Assembly: GCA_051003155.1 (NCBI GenBank)
Contig: JBPCLO010000035.1
Span: forward strand, 1 to 28,331
DNA length: 28,331 bases
Reading direction: 5' to 3'
DNA from: Fimbriimonadales bacterium
GTDB lineage: Bacteria > Armatimonadota > Fimbriimonadia > Fimbriimonadales > ATM1
Shown here in pieces: positions 9,642-17,544 of the stretch. How positions within the stretch are numbered: the first letter of the stretch is position 1; each line of letters begins with the position of its first letter. The notes beneath the pieces were generated by a model that saw only the letters and a list, made by a program, of their open reading frames with translations, had not been told where the DNA came from and searched no databases. Position numbers and translations under genes: made by a program.

Positions 9642-10547
9642 ATGTCATTTCGGAGCGGTTCGGTCGCGATTCTCGGGCGTCCCAATGCGGGCAAAAGCAC
9701 CGTGATGAACTACATTGTGGGGCAGAAGGTCGCCATCGTCTCGAACAAGCCGCAGACCACTCGCCGCTCGCTGCTAGGCGTTGCCAATCGTCCCGGAGCG
9801 CAGATCGCCTTCTACGACACGCCGGGCATCCACGAGCCGCATTCGAAGCTGGGCAAGGTCATGGTCGACTTCGCCGTGCAGACGCTGCCCGACGCGGACG
9901 CAGCGCTTTTCGTTGTGGACGTTAGCAAGCCCCCGACGGACGAAGACAAACATATAGCCCGACTGCTTAAGGACTTCGGCTTCCAGCGGGTGGTCGTGGT
10001 GCTCAACAAGATGGACAGGCTTCGTCCGGAGTACGTTCAGTCGAACTACGACGAGTACGAAGGGCTAACCAAGCCTGCCCAGATGATGATGACGAGCGCG
10101 ATTACGGGCGAGAACCTGGACAAAGTCCTCGACCTTTTGGTTCCGCTTTTGCCTGAGGGTCCGCCGCTGTTCGACGATCCTGATTTCTACACGAGCCAGA
10201 CGGTCCGAGACATGGCGTCCGAACTCATCCGCGAGCAGGTTCTACATAACACGCGGGAAGAGGTCCCGCACGGCGTGGCCGTTCAGATCGAGGGGTGGGA
10301 AGAGCCTCAGCATGGCAACACGAGCGAGATCACCCGTATCTCCGCGCTCATCGTCGTGGAGCGCGAATCCCAAAAGCCGATCCTAATAGGAAAGAAGGGC
10401 CAGATGCTCAAGAAGATCGGCACGGCGGCGCGCGCCCAAATCGAATCACTCATCGGCGCGCACGTGTTCCTCGAGCTCTTTGTGAAGGTTGGCGAGCACT
10501 GGCGCGACAGCTCGGTGCGGCTCAAAGAGCTGGGTCTGTCCGAGTAA
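9642..10547 (+). CDS. era: GTPase Era
   Basis: GRPNAGKST, VSNKPQTTR, DTPG, NKMD, SA motifs and KH domain (ERESQKPILIGKKGQMLKKIGTAAR). Confidence 0.98.
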   Translation: MSFRSGSVAILGRPNAGKSTVMNYIVGQKVAIVSNKPQTTRRSLLGVANRPGAQIAFYDTPGIHEPHSKLGKVMVDFAVQTLPDADAALFVVDVSKPPTDEDKHIARLLKDFGFQRVVVVLNKMDRLRPEYVQSNYDEYEGLTKPAQMMMTSAITGENLDKVLDLLVPLLPEGPPLFDDPDFYTSQTVRDMASELIREQVLHNTREEVPHGVAVQIEGWEEPQHGNTSEITRISALIVVERESQKPILIGKKGQMLKKIGTAARAQIESLIGAHVFLELFVKVGEHWRDSSVRLKELGLSE

Positions 10548-11760
10548 TTTCGGCTGCGACCCGCTCGGCGCTTTCCAACGCGCCCTCGACGAATCCCGTC
10601 CAAGAAGTCGTGTGCTCCCCAGCGAAATGGATGCTGCCGTGCCCCGCTGCGAGCACCGACCGGTCCACAGCGTTTACCGGCGTGTAGGAAAACGCCCCTC
10701 GGGACCACGGGTCGGATATCCAGTCATGAAGGACAGCTCGAACCGGGTGGGCCCTTGCGGATATTCGCAACAACTCGTCTCCTAGCATGGCGAGCGGGTC
10801 GGGAGAGCCAATGACCTTCTCCGCATCGGTGCCGCAAATATATGCGCTCAGCAGGTGCCGCCCGCCTACGGACGAGTTCCACGTCTGCTGCAATGGGCCG
10901 TCGGTGAACATATGCCCGTGCCAACCTTCGTCCTCCCAAAATGGCTCGGCGAACTCGAAAGAGGCCTTGATCGCGCGCCCCATCGGACATCGGCGGATGG
11001 CGGCGGCCGTTTCCGGAGGCAGCTCGGGTTCGAAGGCGATTTGACCGAGGCATGGAGGCGGCATCGCCAACACCACCGCATCGTATGGTCCGCTCGTCTG
11101 ACCGCTCGCGAACTCGAGCGTGCTTCCACTTTCGGTGGCCACCCTGGCCAATGCATGCGACAAGTTCGGCTTCGCGTTCAAACGGGCGAGCATCGCGTCG
11201 GTTACGGCATTCGCCCCCGGGAATCGGTACGCGCTCATCGTTCCCCCCGGCCGACCCAGGTAGTGGCGATAACCCGCGAGCCAGCCATTCAGCCCGATTC
11301 GATTTGTGTCCTCGCCCTCGTCAGATCGCCACTGAGCCTCGTTCCACCACCTGCCGCGCTGGCTCCAGCAATGTCGATCGAGGAACGAAGACAGCGTTGC
11401 ATCAGCCGCTGGTGGCGGGCCATAGCATAGGGCGGCCGCCTGTTCGTGAACCCGGCCGGCGTCTTCGACGGCTTCGGGCCAAAGCTCCGCGGACAGGAGT
11501 TTTTCACTCTTGTACGCAACGAGGTAAGGCTCGTTGGCATCCGGTATCGGGGACAGGCCCAGCTCCTCGAGAAGCGAAAGGCACCGAACATGGTCGCCGT
11601 CGATCCACTCCGCACCGGCCTCATCTCCCTGATCTGTGGTGCAAAGCCGCCCACCGACCCGTGAACGTGCATCGAAAAGCGTAATATCCACTCCCTGCCT
11701 TTCGAGAAGCATAGCCGCGCGAAGCCCCGCGGCCCCAAGGCCGACAATCGCTACTTTCAC
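10522..11760 (-). CDS. flavin monoamine oxidase family FAD-dependent oxidoreductase
   Basis: N-terminal VAIVGLGAAGL...RVGGR dinucleotide-binding motif, EAGAEWI, WISDPWSRGAFS, IHFAGEHT...GFVEGALESAER. Confidence 0.9.
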   Translation of the reverse strand: MKVAIVGLGAAGLRAAMLLERQGVDITLFDARSRVGGRLCTTDQGDEAGAEWIDGDHVRCLSLLEELGLSPIPDANEPYLVAYKSEKLLSAELWPEAVEDAGRVHEQAAALCYGPPPAADATLSSFLDRHCWSQRGRWWNEAQWRSDEGEDTNRIGLNGWLAGYRHYLGRPGGTMSAYRFPGANAVTDAMLARLNAKPNLSHALARVATESGSTLEFASGQTSGPYDAVVLAMPPPCLGQIAFEPELPPETAAAIRRCPMGRAIKASFEFAEPFWEDEGWHGHMFTDGPLQQTWNSSVGGRHLLSAYICGTDAEKVIGSPDPLAMLGDELLRISARAHPVRAVLHDWISDPWSRGAFSYTPVNAVDRSVLAAGHGSIHFAGEHTTSWTGFVEGALESAERVAAEITRTDPAL

Positions 11761-12130
11761 TTAGGAGCAGGTTACTCCGAGTCAGGCTGGGGTGCCCATC
11801 AAAAGGGGGCGCAACTGTGTGGCGATGTGAAGGATGAGAGGGAGGTCGTCTAGGAAGGCGAGAACGTCGTTCTGGAAGGCATATCGTCGCTCGCGAAGGG
11901 GATGTCGGCGTGCGGGAGTAGATCGGGAGTTACGAATAGGTTCGGCTGCAAACCGCGCTGATGCCCGGCACCGCGCCTGGAGAGCAAGGAAGGCGGCGCC
12001 TATGTGGGGCGTCCCAGCCGCAGTTGGGTTCTCGCTCCGAGCCCAAGCGGCGCAAATCGTGTACTATCAAGATGCAAATCGTTCACTCATCCCTTTTACA
12101 TGGTGCGCACTGAGCGCAGTGGAGGAGAAA

Positions 12131-12706
12131 ATGAAGCACTTAATTTCATCAGTTCTGGCCATCCTGGCCACGGCCGCTCTCGCCGACGACGTTATCTGGC
12201 AGACGGACTGGACCACCCCAGGGGATCCCATGAATGGTACGTCGCATGTCGTCGCCACACCGGACGGCGGCGCGTTCGCAACTCACATTGACAGTCAAAC
12301 AAGTGGCAAATGGGGTGACACTTATTACTCTACTGGCGTTGTGAAGTTTTCTCCTGCCGGAACCGTTCAATGGCACGACTATTTCGGGAACGCCCGTGGC
12401 GCCTTTCTTGGATTCGACTCCTTCGGCAACTTCTACGCCACGATCAGACCTTCGGCGCTCAACTCGTACACTGAACTCTCTCCGAGAACCAGGAAGTACG
12501 CTCCGAACGGCACGATGCTGTGGGAGTACTCACAGGGCCAAGGCCGCACCTCGCTGGATATGATCGTCGAATCCGACGGCACCTGGTTTCTGGCAGTTGG
12601 TGGCTACAATGAATCATCTCGTTTTCAAAAGATTAGTGCCTTGACGATCATCGATATGGGGTTCTGCTGGTTCGTGAATACCGGCCCGGGCGCGATGCTC
12701 CAGTAG
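12131..12706 (+). pseudogene. truncated secreted beta-propeller-type protein
   Basis: Strong SD GGAGGAG before ATG 12131; signal peptide MKHLISSVLAILATAALA; blade-like repeats VKFSPAGTVQW / RKYAPNGTMLWEY. The frame ends after about 3 blades, and the last ~20 codons run through an inverted fragment. Confidence 0.6.
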
Positions 12707-12784
12707 CCGTCGCTGCTGTTCATGATCGCCCAGTGGCTGTTTTCGGTCGTACGTCCGCGAACAAGCTGCGCGGAATCGGTGGAA
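12640..12784 (-). pseudogene. inverted fragment of a secreted-protein C-terminal domain
   Basis: The minus strand reads DSAQLVRGRTTENSHWAIMNSSDGYWSIAPGPVFTNQQNPISMIVKA, with no start or stop of its own, between two broken + strand genes. Boundaries approximate. Confidence 0.5.
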
Positions 12785-13745
12785 GGCGGCACGCGGTTTA
12801 TCGGACCGCCGACAGTTTCGGTATTGCTTTGCCTCGGGCACGACCTGACCATCTTTCACCGGGGTGAGACGGGTTCGGCGCCGGACGGCGTGGCCGAGAT
12901 TCTCGGCGACCGGCACGATCTGCCAGCCCAAGCCGACCGGCTGCGCTACACGAAACCCGATATCGTCCTCGACATGATCCCGATCGTCGAGAAGGACGGC
13001 CAGGACCTAATGGACGTCTTCGACGGCCACGTCGCGCGGGTTGTGGTGATCAGCAGTATGGATGTGTACCGGGCGTACGGCCGTCTCATCGGCAAAGAGC
13101 CCGGCCCGTCCGATCCGGTGCCGTTGACCGAGGAGTCGCCATTGCGCGAAACGCTCTACCCTTACCGAGGCGGCGATCACGGCCGGCCGATTCTGGAGGA
13201 CTACGATAAGATTCCTATCGAGCGAATCGTAATGAGCCGCACGAACTTGCCGGGAACCGTTTTGCGGTTACCGATGGTTTACGGTCCAGGCGACTACCAG
13301 CACCGGCTGTTCGCGCATGTGAAGCGTATCCAAGACGGCCGTCCGATCCTGCTGGGCGAAAGGGCTTCGCGTTGGAGGACTTCGCGGGGTTATGTAGAGA
13401 ACGTGGCTGACGCCATCGCGCTGGCGGTGACGGATAGCCGCTCCGCGGGCGAGATTTACAATGTCGCGGAGCCTGAGGCGCTTTCCGAGGCAGAATGGGT
13501 CCGCTCAATCGGCGCGGAACCCGTGATTGTTCCGGATGCGAATCTGCCGGAGCATCTGATAGAGGATGCTTGGCTGCAGCAAGAGTTGGTTGCCAGCACT
13601 GTCAAGATACGAAAGCATCTTGGATATTCAGAAAGGGCTGGATCGGACGATGCGATTCGCAAAACCGTCGAATGGGAGTCCGAATCCGCCCGAAATCAAT
13701 CTCGCCGCGTTCGACTACGTCGCCGAAGACCGTGCGCTTTCCTGA
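12785..13745 (+). pseudogene. NAD-dependent epimerase/dehydratase family protein (5'-truncated, 3' frameshift)
   Basis: GGTRFIG Rossmann motif lacks its preceding beta strand and start; SSMDVY, YDKIPIE, LRLPMVYGPGD, GYVENVADAI motifs. After ...VEWE at ~13678 the natural C-terminus NPPEINLAAFDYVAEDRALS* is in the +1 frame (TGA 13743-13745). Confidence 0.75.
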
Positions 13746-13774
13746 CACCAAACAAAGGCCTAGACTTCGAAAAT

Positions 13775-13850
13775 TGGCGCGCTCGAGAGGACTCGAACCT
13801 CCGACCTACAGGTCCGCAACCTGTCGCTCTATCCACTGAGCTACGAGCGC
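13775..13850 (-). tRNA. tRNA-Arg (anticodon GCG)
   Basis: 76 nt: GCGCTCG acceptor stem, D arm GCTCAGTGGATAGAGC, anticodon arm ACAGG-TTGCGGA-CCTGT, T arm GGAGGTTCGAGTCCTCT, discriminator G and encoded CCA. Confidence 0.96.
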
Positions 13851-13897
13851 GCGGGAAGGGGATATAGGATACCCCGGTGGGGACTAGCTCCGGGCGC

Positions 13898-13925
13898 CTG
13901 CCGACTGCCGACTGACGACTGCCGA
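13898..13925. repeat. tandem heptamer repeat (CTGCCGA)x4, one copy CTGACGA
   Basis: ctgccga ctgccga ctgacga ctgccga between the mfd stop and the tRNA 5' end. Confidence 0.85.
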
Positions 13926-13959
13926 GCGATCCATTGGTTAGCTGAAGCGTTGCCATCCA

Positions 13960-16900
13960 CTAAGTCCGTGCGGCGCGGATGTTCGCAACTTCTTGGAGTT
14001 GGCCCTTGATGAGATCGAGAAAGGATTCGACCGATTCGAGAGCGTCGTTCCCGTAGCGCCACTCCGCGCGGTCGGGACGATATTTCAGGTCGAGCTGGCG
14101 TCGTCCCAGTTCGTGCACGATTCGAAGAGGCAACTCGCGGCCATTCACAAAGGCAATGGTCAGCTTGCCGAATCGGCCATCGATCTTCTCGATTCCAAGC
14201 TCTTGAGCGAAGAGCCTCAAGCGAACCAGCTTCGCGGCGGCCCGCGCTTCCTCGGGCAGGGGGCCATAGCGGTCGATTAGCTCCGCCTCCACCTCGGCGA
14301 CGTGCTCTTCGTCGCGTGCCTCCATCAGCTTCTTGTAGAAGAAAAGCCGCTGGTTCTGGTCTTCCACGTAGCTGTTCGGCAGGTACGCCGCCGCAGGGAC
14401 GTCGAAAGCCGGAAGCGGATGGAACTCCGGCCCGGCATCGAGATCGACCGCGGTTAGCCGCGCGGCAGTCTCTCCGCCATCGTCGAAAGCAGCCTTAAGC
14501 TGGCTCACGGCGTCGGCGATAAGCTGGGTGTAGAGCTCGTAACCGACGCTTTGCATCGTACCGTGCTGCTTGGCGCCAAGAAGCTCGCCGGCGCCCCGAA
14601 TCTGAAGGTCGCGAAAAGCCAGCGAGTAGCCGCTGCCCAGGTCGCTGAACTCTTGCAGAGCCTTGAGCCTCGCGACGGCCGTGTCGGTCAGCTTCTTGCC
14701 GCTTCGGTAAAGAAGGTAGGCGTAAGCCTGCCGGTCGCTGCGACCAACGCGTCCGCGAAGCTGATAGAGCTGCGCAAGTCCGAGCTTGTCCGCGCCGTCC
14801 ACGATCAGCGTGTTCGCGTTCGAGTTGTCGATTCCGTTCTCGACGATGCTGGTGCTGACCAAGATATCGACCTCGCCGTGAAAAAATGCGCTCATGATCG
14901 GCTCCAACTCGTCGGCTGTCATCTGGCCGTGGCCCACCGCGACCCGGGCGTTCGGGGCGAGCTTCCGAATGCGTTCTGCCACGTGCTCGATTCCGTCGAT
15001 CCGGTTGAAAACATAGAACACCTGCCCACCCCTCGCCAGCTCTCGCAACAACGCCTCTCGAACCACATCGTCGCCGTAGGGCCGAAGATAGGTGCGGATG
15101 GCCATCCGTCCCGGCGGAGGGTCGTTGATGACGGACATCTGGCGAAGGTTCATCATCGACATGCTCAGTGTGCGAGGGATGGGCGTTGCGGTGAGCGTCA
15201 AGAAGTCGGCGTTCGCGCGAAGGCCCTTTAGGAACTCCTTGTGCTTGACGCCGAACCTCTGCTCCTCGTCGACGATAACCAGTCCGAGGTTCTTGTATTC
15301 GACTTTCTTTTGCAGCAGCGCATGGGTGCCGATAACAATATCGACGCTGCCGTCCTTCAGGCCGCGAACGGCTGTTTCGCGCTGCTTGGCCGTTCGAAAC
15401 CTGTTTAGGAGGCTAAGGTGTATGGGGTAGGGCGCAAGCCGTTCCCGAAAGGTCTCGAAATGTTGGTCGGCGAGAATGGTTGTGGGGCACAGAACCGCGA
15501 CCTGCTTGCCCTCTTGTGCCACCTTGAACGCGGCGCGAACGGCGACCTCGGTCTTTCCGAATCCCACGTCTCCGCAGACCAACCGGTCCATCGGGTAAGG
15601 ACGGTCGAGGTCACGTTTGACCTCCCGGATCGTCTTCTCCTGGCTCCGAGTCTCCACCCACGGGAACGTGGCTTCCATCTCCTGCTGCCACGGGGTGTCC
15701 TCGCCAAAAGGGGGGCGCGTCACCTGGGTCCTTTTCGCGTAAATCGAAATCAGTTCACGAGCAAGTTCTTCGGCGCCCTTCTTGGCGGCCCTGACCGAGC
15801 GCTGCCACTCGCCGCCGGTGATGCGGTGAATCGTGGGCGGGGCGTCGCTCGGGCTTAGAAACTTCTGAATTCGGTCTAACTGTTCGGTCGGCACGAGTAG
15901 CTTGTCGGGCGCTTGGTAGTCGATCCGCAGATACTCTTTCTCGCGGCCCTCGACTTCGCGGGTGACCAGCCCGCGATACATTCCAATTCCGAACTGAATA
16001 TGGACCACGTAGTCGCCGGGCTTAAGGTCTAGCACCGTGGCGATTGGCGCACCCTCGCGAAACCGTCGTTGTGGCAGGCGCAGCCGGCCGACCCCGAACA
16101 GCTCGGCGTCTGTGAGCAGGACTGCCTTCTCATCCGTCCAGACAAAACCTCCGGCGAGGTTGCCGGAGATGAGGTAGACCGTGTTCGGCTTCGGCTCATC
16201 GGGAACTTCGTCGGCCACGATGTTGAGGTCCATCGCGCCCAATGCATGGCGTGCGCGTGTGGGCTGATCGCTAGCGACCACAATCTTGAGTCCGCCCTCA
16301 CCCCAACTGATTACCGACTGCGCGAGGGATTCCGGCCGGCCGCGGTAAGGCGCGAGGGAGGTTATGTTGATCTCGGTCTTCTCGTCTTCCTTCATCCAAT
16401 CCGGCATCGCGTTGAGAGCGCTGAGTGATAGGACGTTGGCGGATGTTCCGAGTCGATCATCGGGCGCAAGGAAGTCATCGGCGGCTTGCGAAAGGGTTTC
16501 GCCGCGACGGTGCCGATTCTCAAGCGCGTGGTTCAGGTCTTCGCGGCCCCGTTCAGCTTGAATTTGCAGCTCGATCGGTTCATCGAGAAACACGTGCCCC
16601 TCGCCGACGTAGTCAAACGCGCACGCATCGCCACTGTTGAGATAAGGGAGGTATAGCTCGAGCCGGTCGAAATACGCATTGGTTGCGAGGGCGGCCAAGT
16701 CTGCGCCGACGGCATCTCTCAAGTGTTCGGCGGCCCCAGGTTCGAGGTGCTTGGCTTGCTCTTCGGACATGCGAGAGACACGATCCGCATCCGCCGAACC
16801 CAACCGCGGCATGACCGGGCGAACCGGCGCGAGCGTTAGCCGCTTTACGTCGACGATGCTGCGTTGGGAATCGGAGTCGAAAGTGCGCATGCTCTCGACG

Positions 16901-17487
16901 AAGTCGCCGAAGAACTCGGAGCGAACCGGGAAGTCGTCGCCGGAGGGGAAGATGTCAAGGATTCCGCCGCGCCGGCTGAAAGTGCCAGGCCGTCGCACGG
17001 GCTCCTCGTTTTCGTAACCAAGCGCGACGAGCCGCCTCATCAGGTCGACGATGTCGACCTCGTCCTCGATGCGCAGAGCGACGGTTGCAGAACGGAACTC
17101 CTCCGGCGTCATCGTGCGCTCGAGGCCGGAACCGGGAGAGGCGATAACGATACAGGGCTCGCCGCTCCCAAGCGCAGAGAGTGCGCGCGCTCGGTCTGAG
17201 AGGGCGTTCAGCTCGGGTGGCGCGTCGTCGTAGAGACCGCCCTGGCCCGACGGAAGGTGCATGATCACCCGCTCCGGAACGCCCAGAAGAACAAGCTTGG
17301 CTTCCCAGGCGAGTGCGCGTTCATAATTCGGGCTGACGACCAGGAACCGCTGATCTCTTCGGCCCGCTTTCAGGAACAGGCTTGCGACGAGTAGCGCCTG
17401 GGCCTCCGCGCAGACGGACTGCCACTCGTGCCTGCCCTTCGGCAGCGGAAGTGGGGAGAGTGTGCGCACCCAGTCGCGAACGTGCAT
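13960..17487 (-). CDS. mfd: transcription-repair coupling factor
   Basis: UvrB-like module (FSRRGGILDIFP), RID (LKPGDYVVHIQFGIGMYRGL), SF2 motifs CGDVGFGKTE, DEEQRFG, TATPIPRTL, QLRGRVGRS, TRG motif and C-terminal DRYGPLP. Start taken as ATG 17487 (alternative 17493); the ORF-track extension to 17886 overlaps recG. Confidence 0.97.
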   Translation of the reverse strand: MHVRDWVRTLSPLPLPKGRHEWQSVCAEAQALLVASLFLKAGRRDQRFLVVSPNYERALAWEAKLVLLGVPERVIMHLPSGQGGLYDDAPPELNALSDRARALSALGSGEPCIVIASPGSGLERTMTPEEFRSATVALRIEDEVDIVDLMRRLVALGYENEEPVRRPGTFSRRGGILDIFPSGDDFPVRSEFFGDFVESMRTFDSDSQRSIVDVKRLTLAPVRPVMPRLGSADADRVSRMSEEQAKHLEPGAAEHLRDAVGADLAALATNAYFDRLELYLPYLNSGDACAFDYVGEGHVFLDEPIELQIQAERGREDLNHALENRHRRGETLSQAADDFLAPDDRLGTSANVLSLSALNAMPDWMKEDEKTEINITSLAPYRGRPESLAQSVISWGEGGLKIVVASDQPTRARHALGAMDLNIVADEVPDEPKPNTVYLISGNLAGGFVWTDEKAVLLTDAELFGVGRLRLPQRRFREGAPIATVLDLKPGDYVVHIQFGIGMYRGLVTREVEGREKEYLRIDYQAPDKLLVPTEQLDRIQKFLSPSDAPPTIHRITGGEWQRSVRAAKKGAEELARELISIYAKRTQVTRPPFGEDTPWQQEMEATFPWVETRSQEKTIREVKRDLDRPYPMDRLVCGDVGFGKTEVAVRAAFKVAQEGKQVAVLCPTTILADQHFETFRERLAPYPIHLSLLNRFRTAKQRETAVRGLKDGSVDIVIGTHALLQKKVEYKNLGLVIVDEEQRFGVKHKEFLKGLRANADFLTLTATPIPRTLSMSMMNLRQMSVINDPPPGRMAIRTYLRPYGDDVVREALLRELARGGQVFYVFNRIDGIEHVAERIRKLAPNARVAVGHGQMTADELEPIMSAFFHGEVDILVSTSIVENGIDNSNANTLIVDGADKLGLAQLYQLRGRVGRSDRQAYAYLLYRSGKKLTDTAVARLKALQEFSDLGSGYSLAFRDLQIRGAGELLGAKQHGTMQSVGYELYTQLIADAVSQLKAAFDDGGETAARLTAVDLDAGPEFHPLPAFDVPAAAYLPNSYVEDQNQRLFFYKKLMEARDEEHVAEVEAELIDRYGPLPEEARAAAKLVRLRLFAQELGIEKIDGRFGKLTIAFVNGRELPLRIVHELGRRQLDLKYRPDRAEWRYGNDALESVESFLDLIKGQLQEVANIRAART

Positions 17488-17494
17488 CGACATA

Positions 17495-17516
17495 AGTCTA
17501 CCTACTGAGATAAGAT
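17495..17516. promoter_or_regulatory. back-to-back putative -10 elements for mfd (TAGACT, minus) and recG (TAAGAT, plus)
   Basis: Minus-strand GGTAGACT 7 nt before the mfd ATG 17487; plus-strand TAAGAT at 17511-17516; 57-bp intergenic gap. Confidence 0.4.
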
Positions 17517-17544
17517 TCGGCCTTCCGACGCGTCCGTAAAGAGT

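Noticed and set aside
7880..9700. Long minus-strand ORFs (387 aa and 211 aa)
   Set aside because: Shadow frames of a GC-rich gene; no protein-like features.
11782..12060. Protein-like minus-strand text (PNLFVTPDLLPHADIPF / RYAFQNDVLAFLDDLPLIL) and the ORF extension to 11834
   Set aside because: No start codon and no family recognised; may be a remnant but cannot be supported. The real + strand gene starts at the SD-preceded ATG 12131.
11761..13775. Genomic island integrated at the tRNA-Arg 3' end
   Set aside because: No integrase and no duplicated tRNA 3' end (att site) found in the window.
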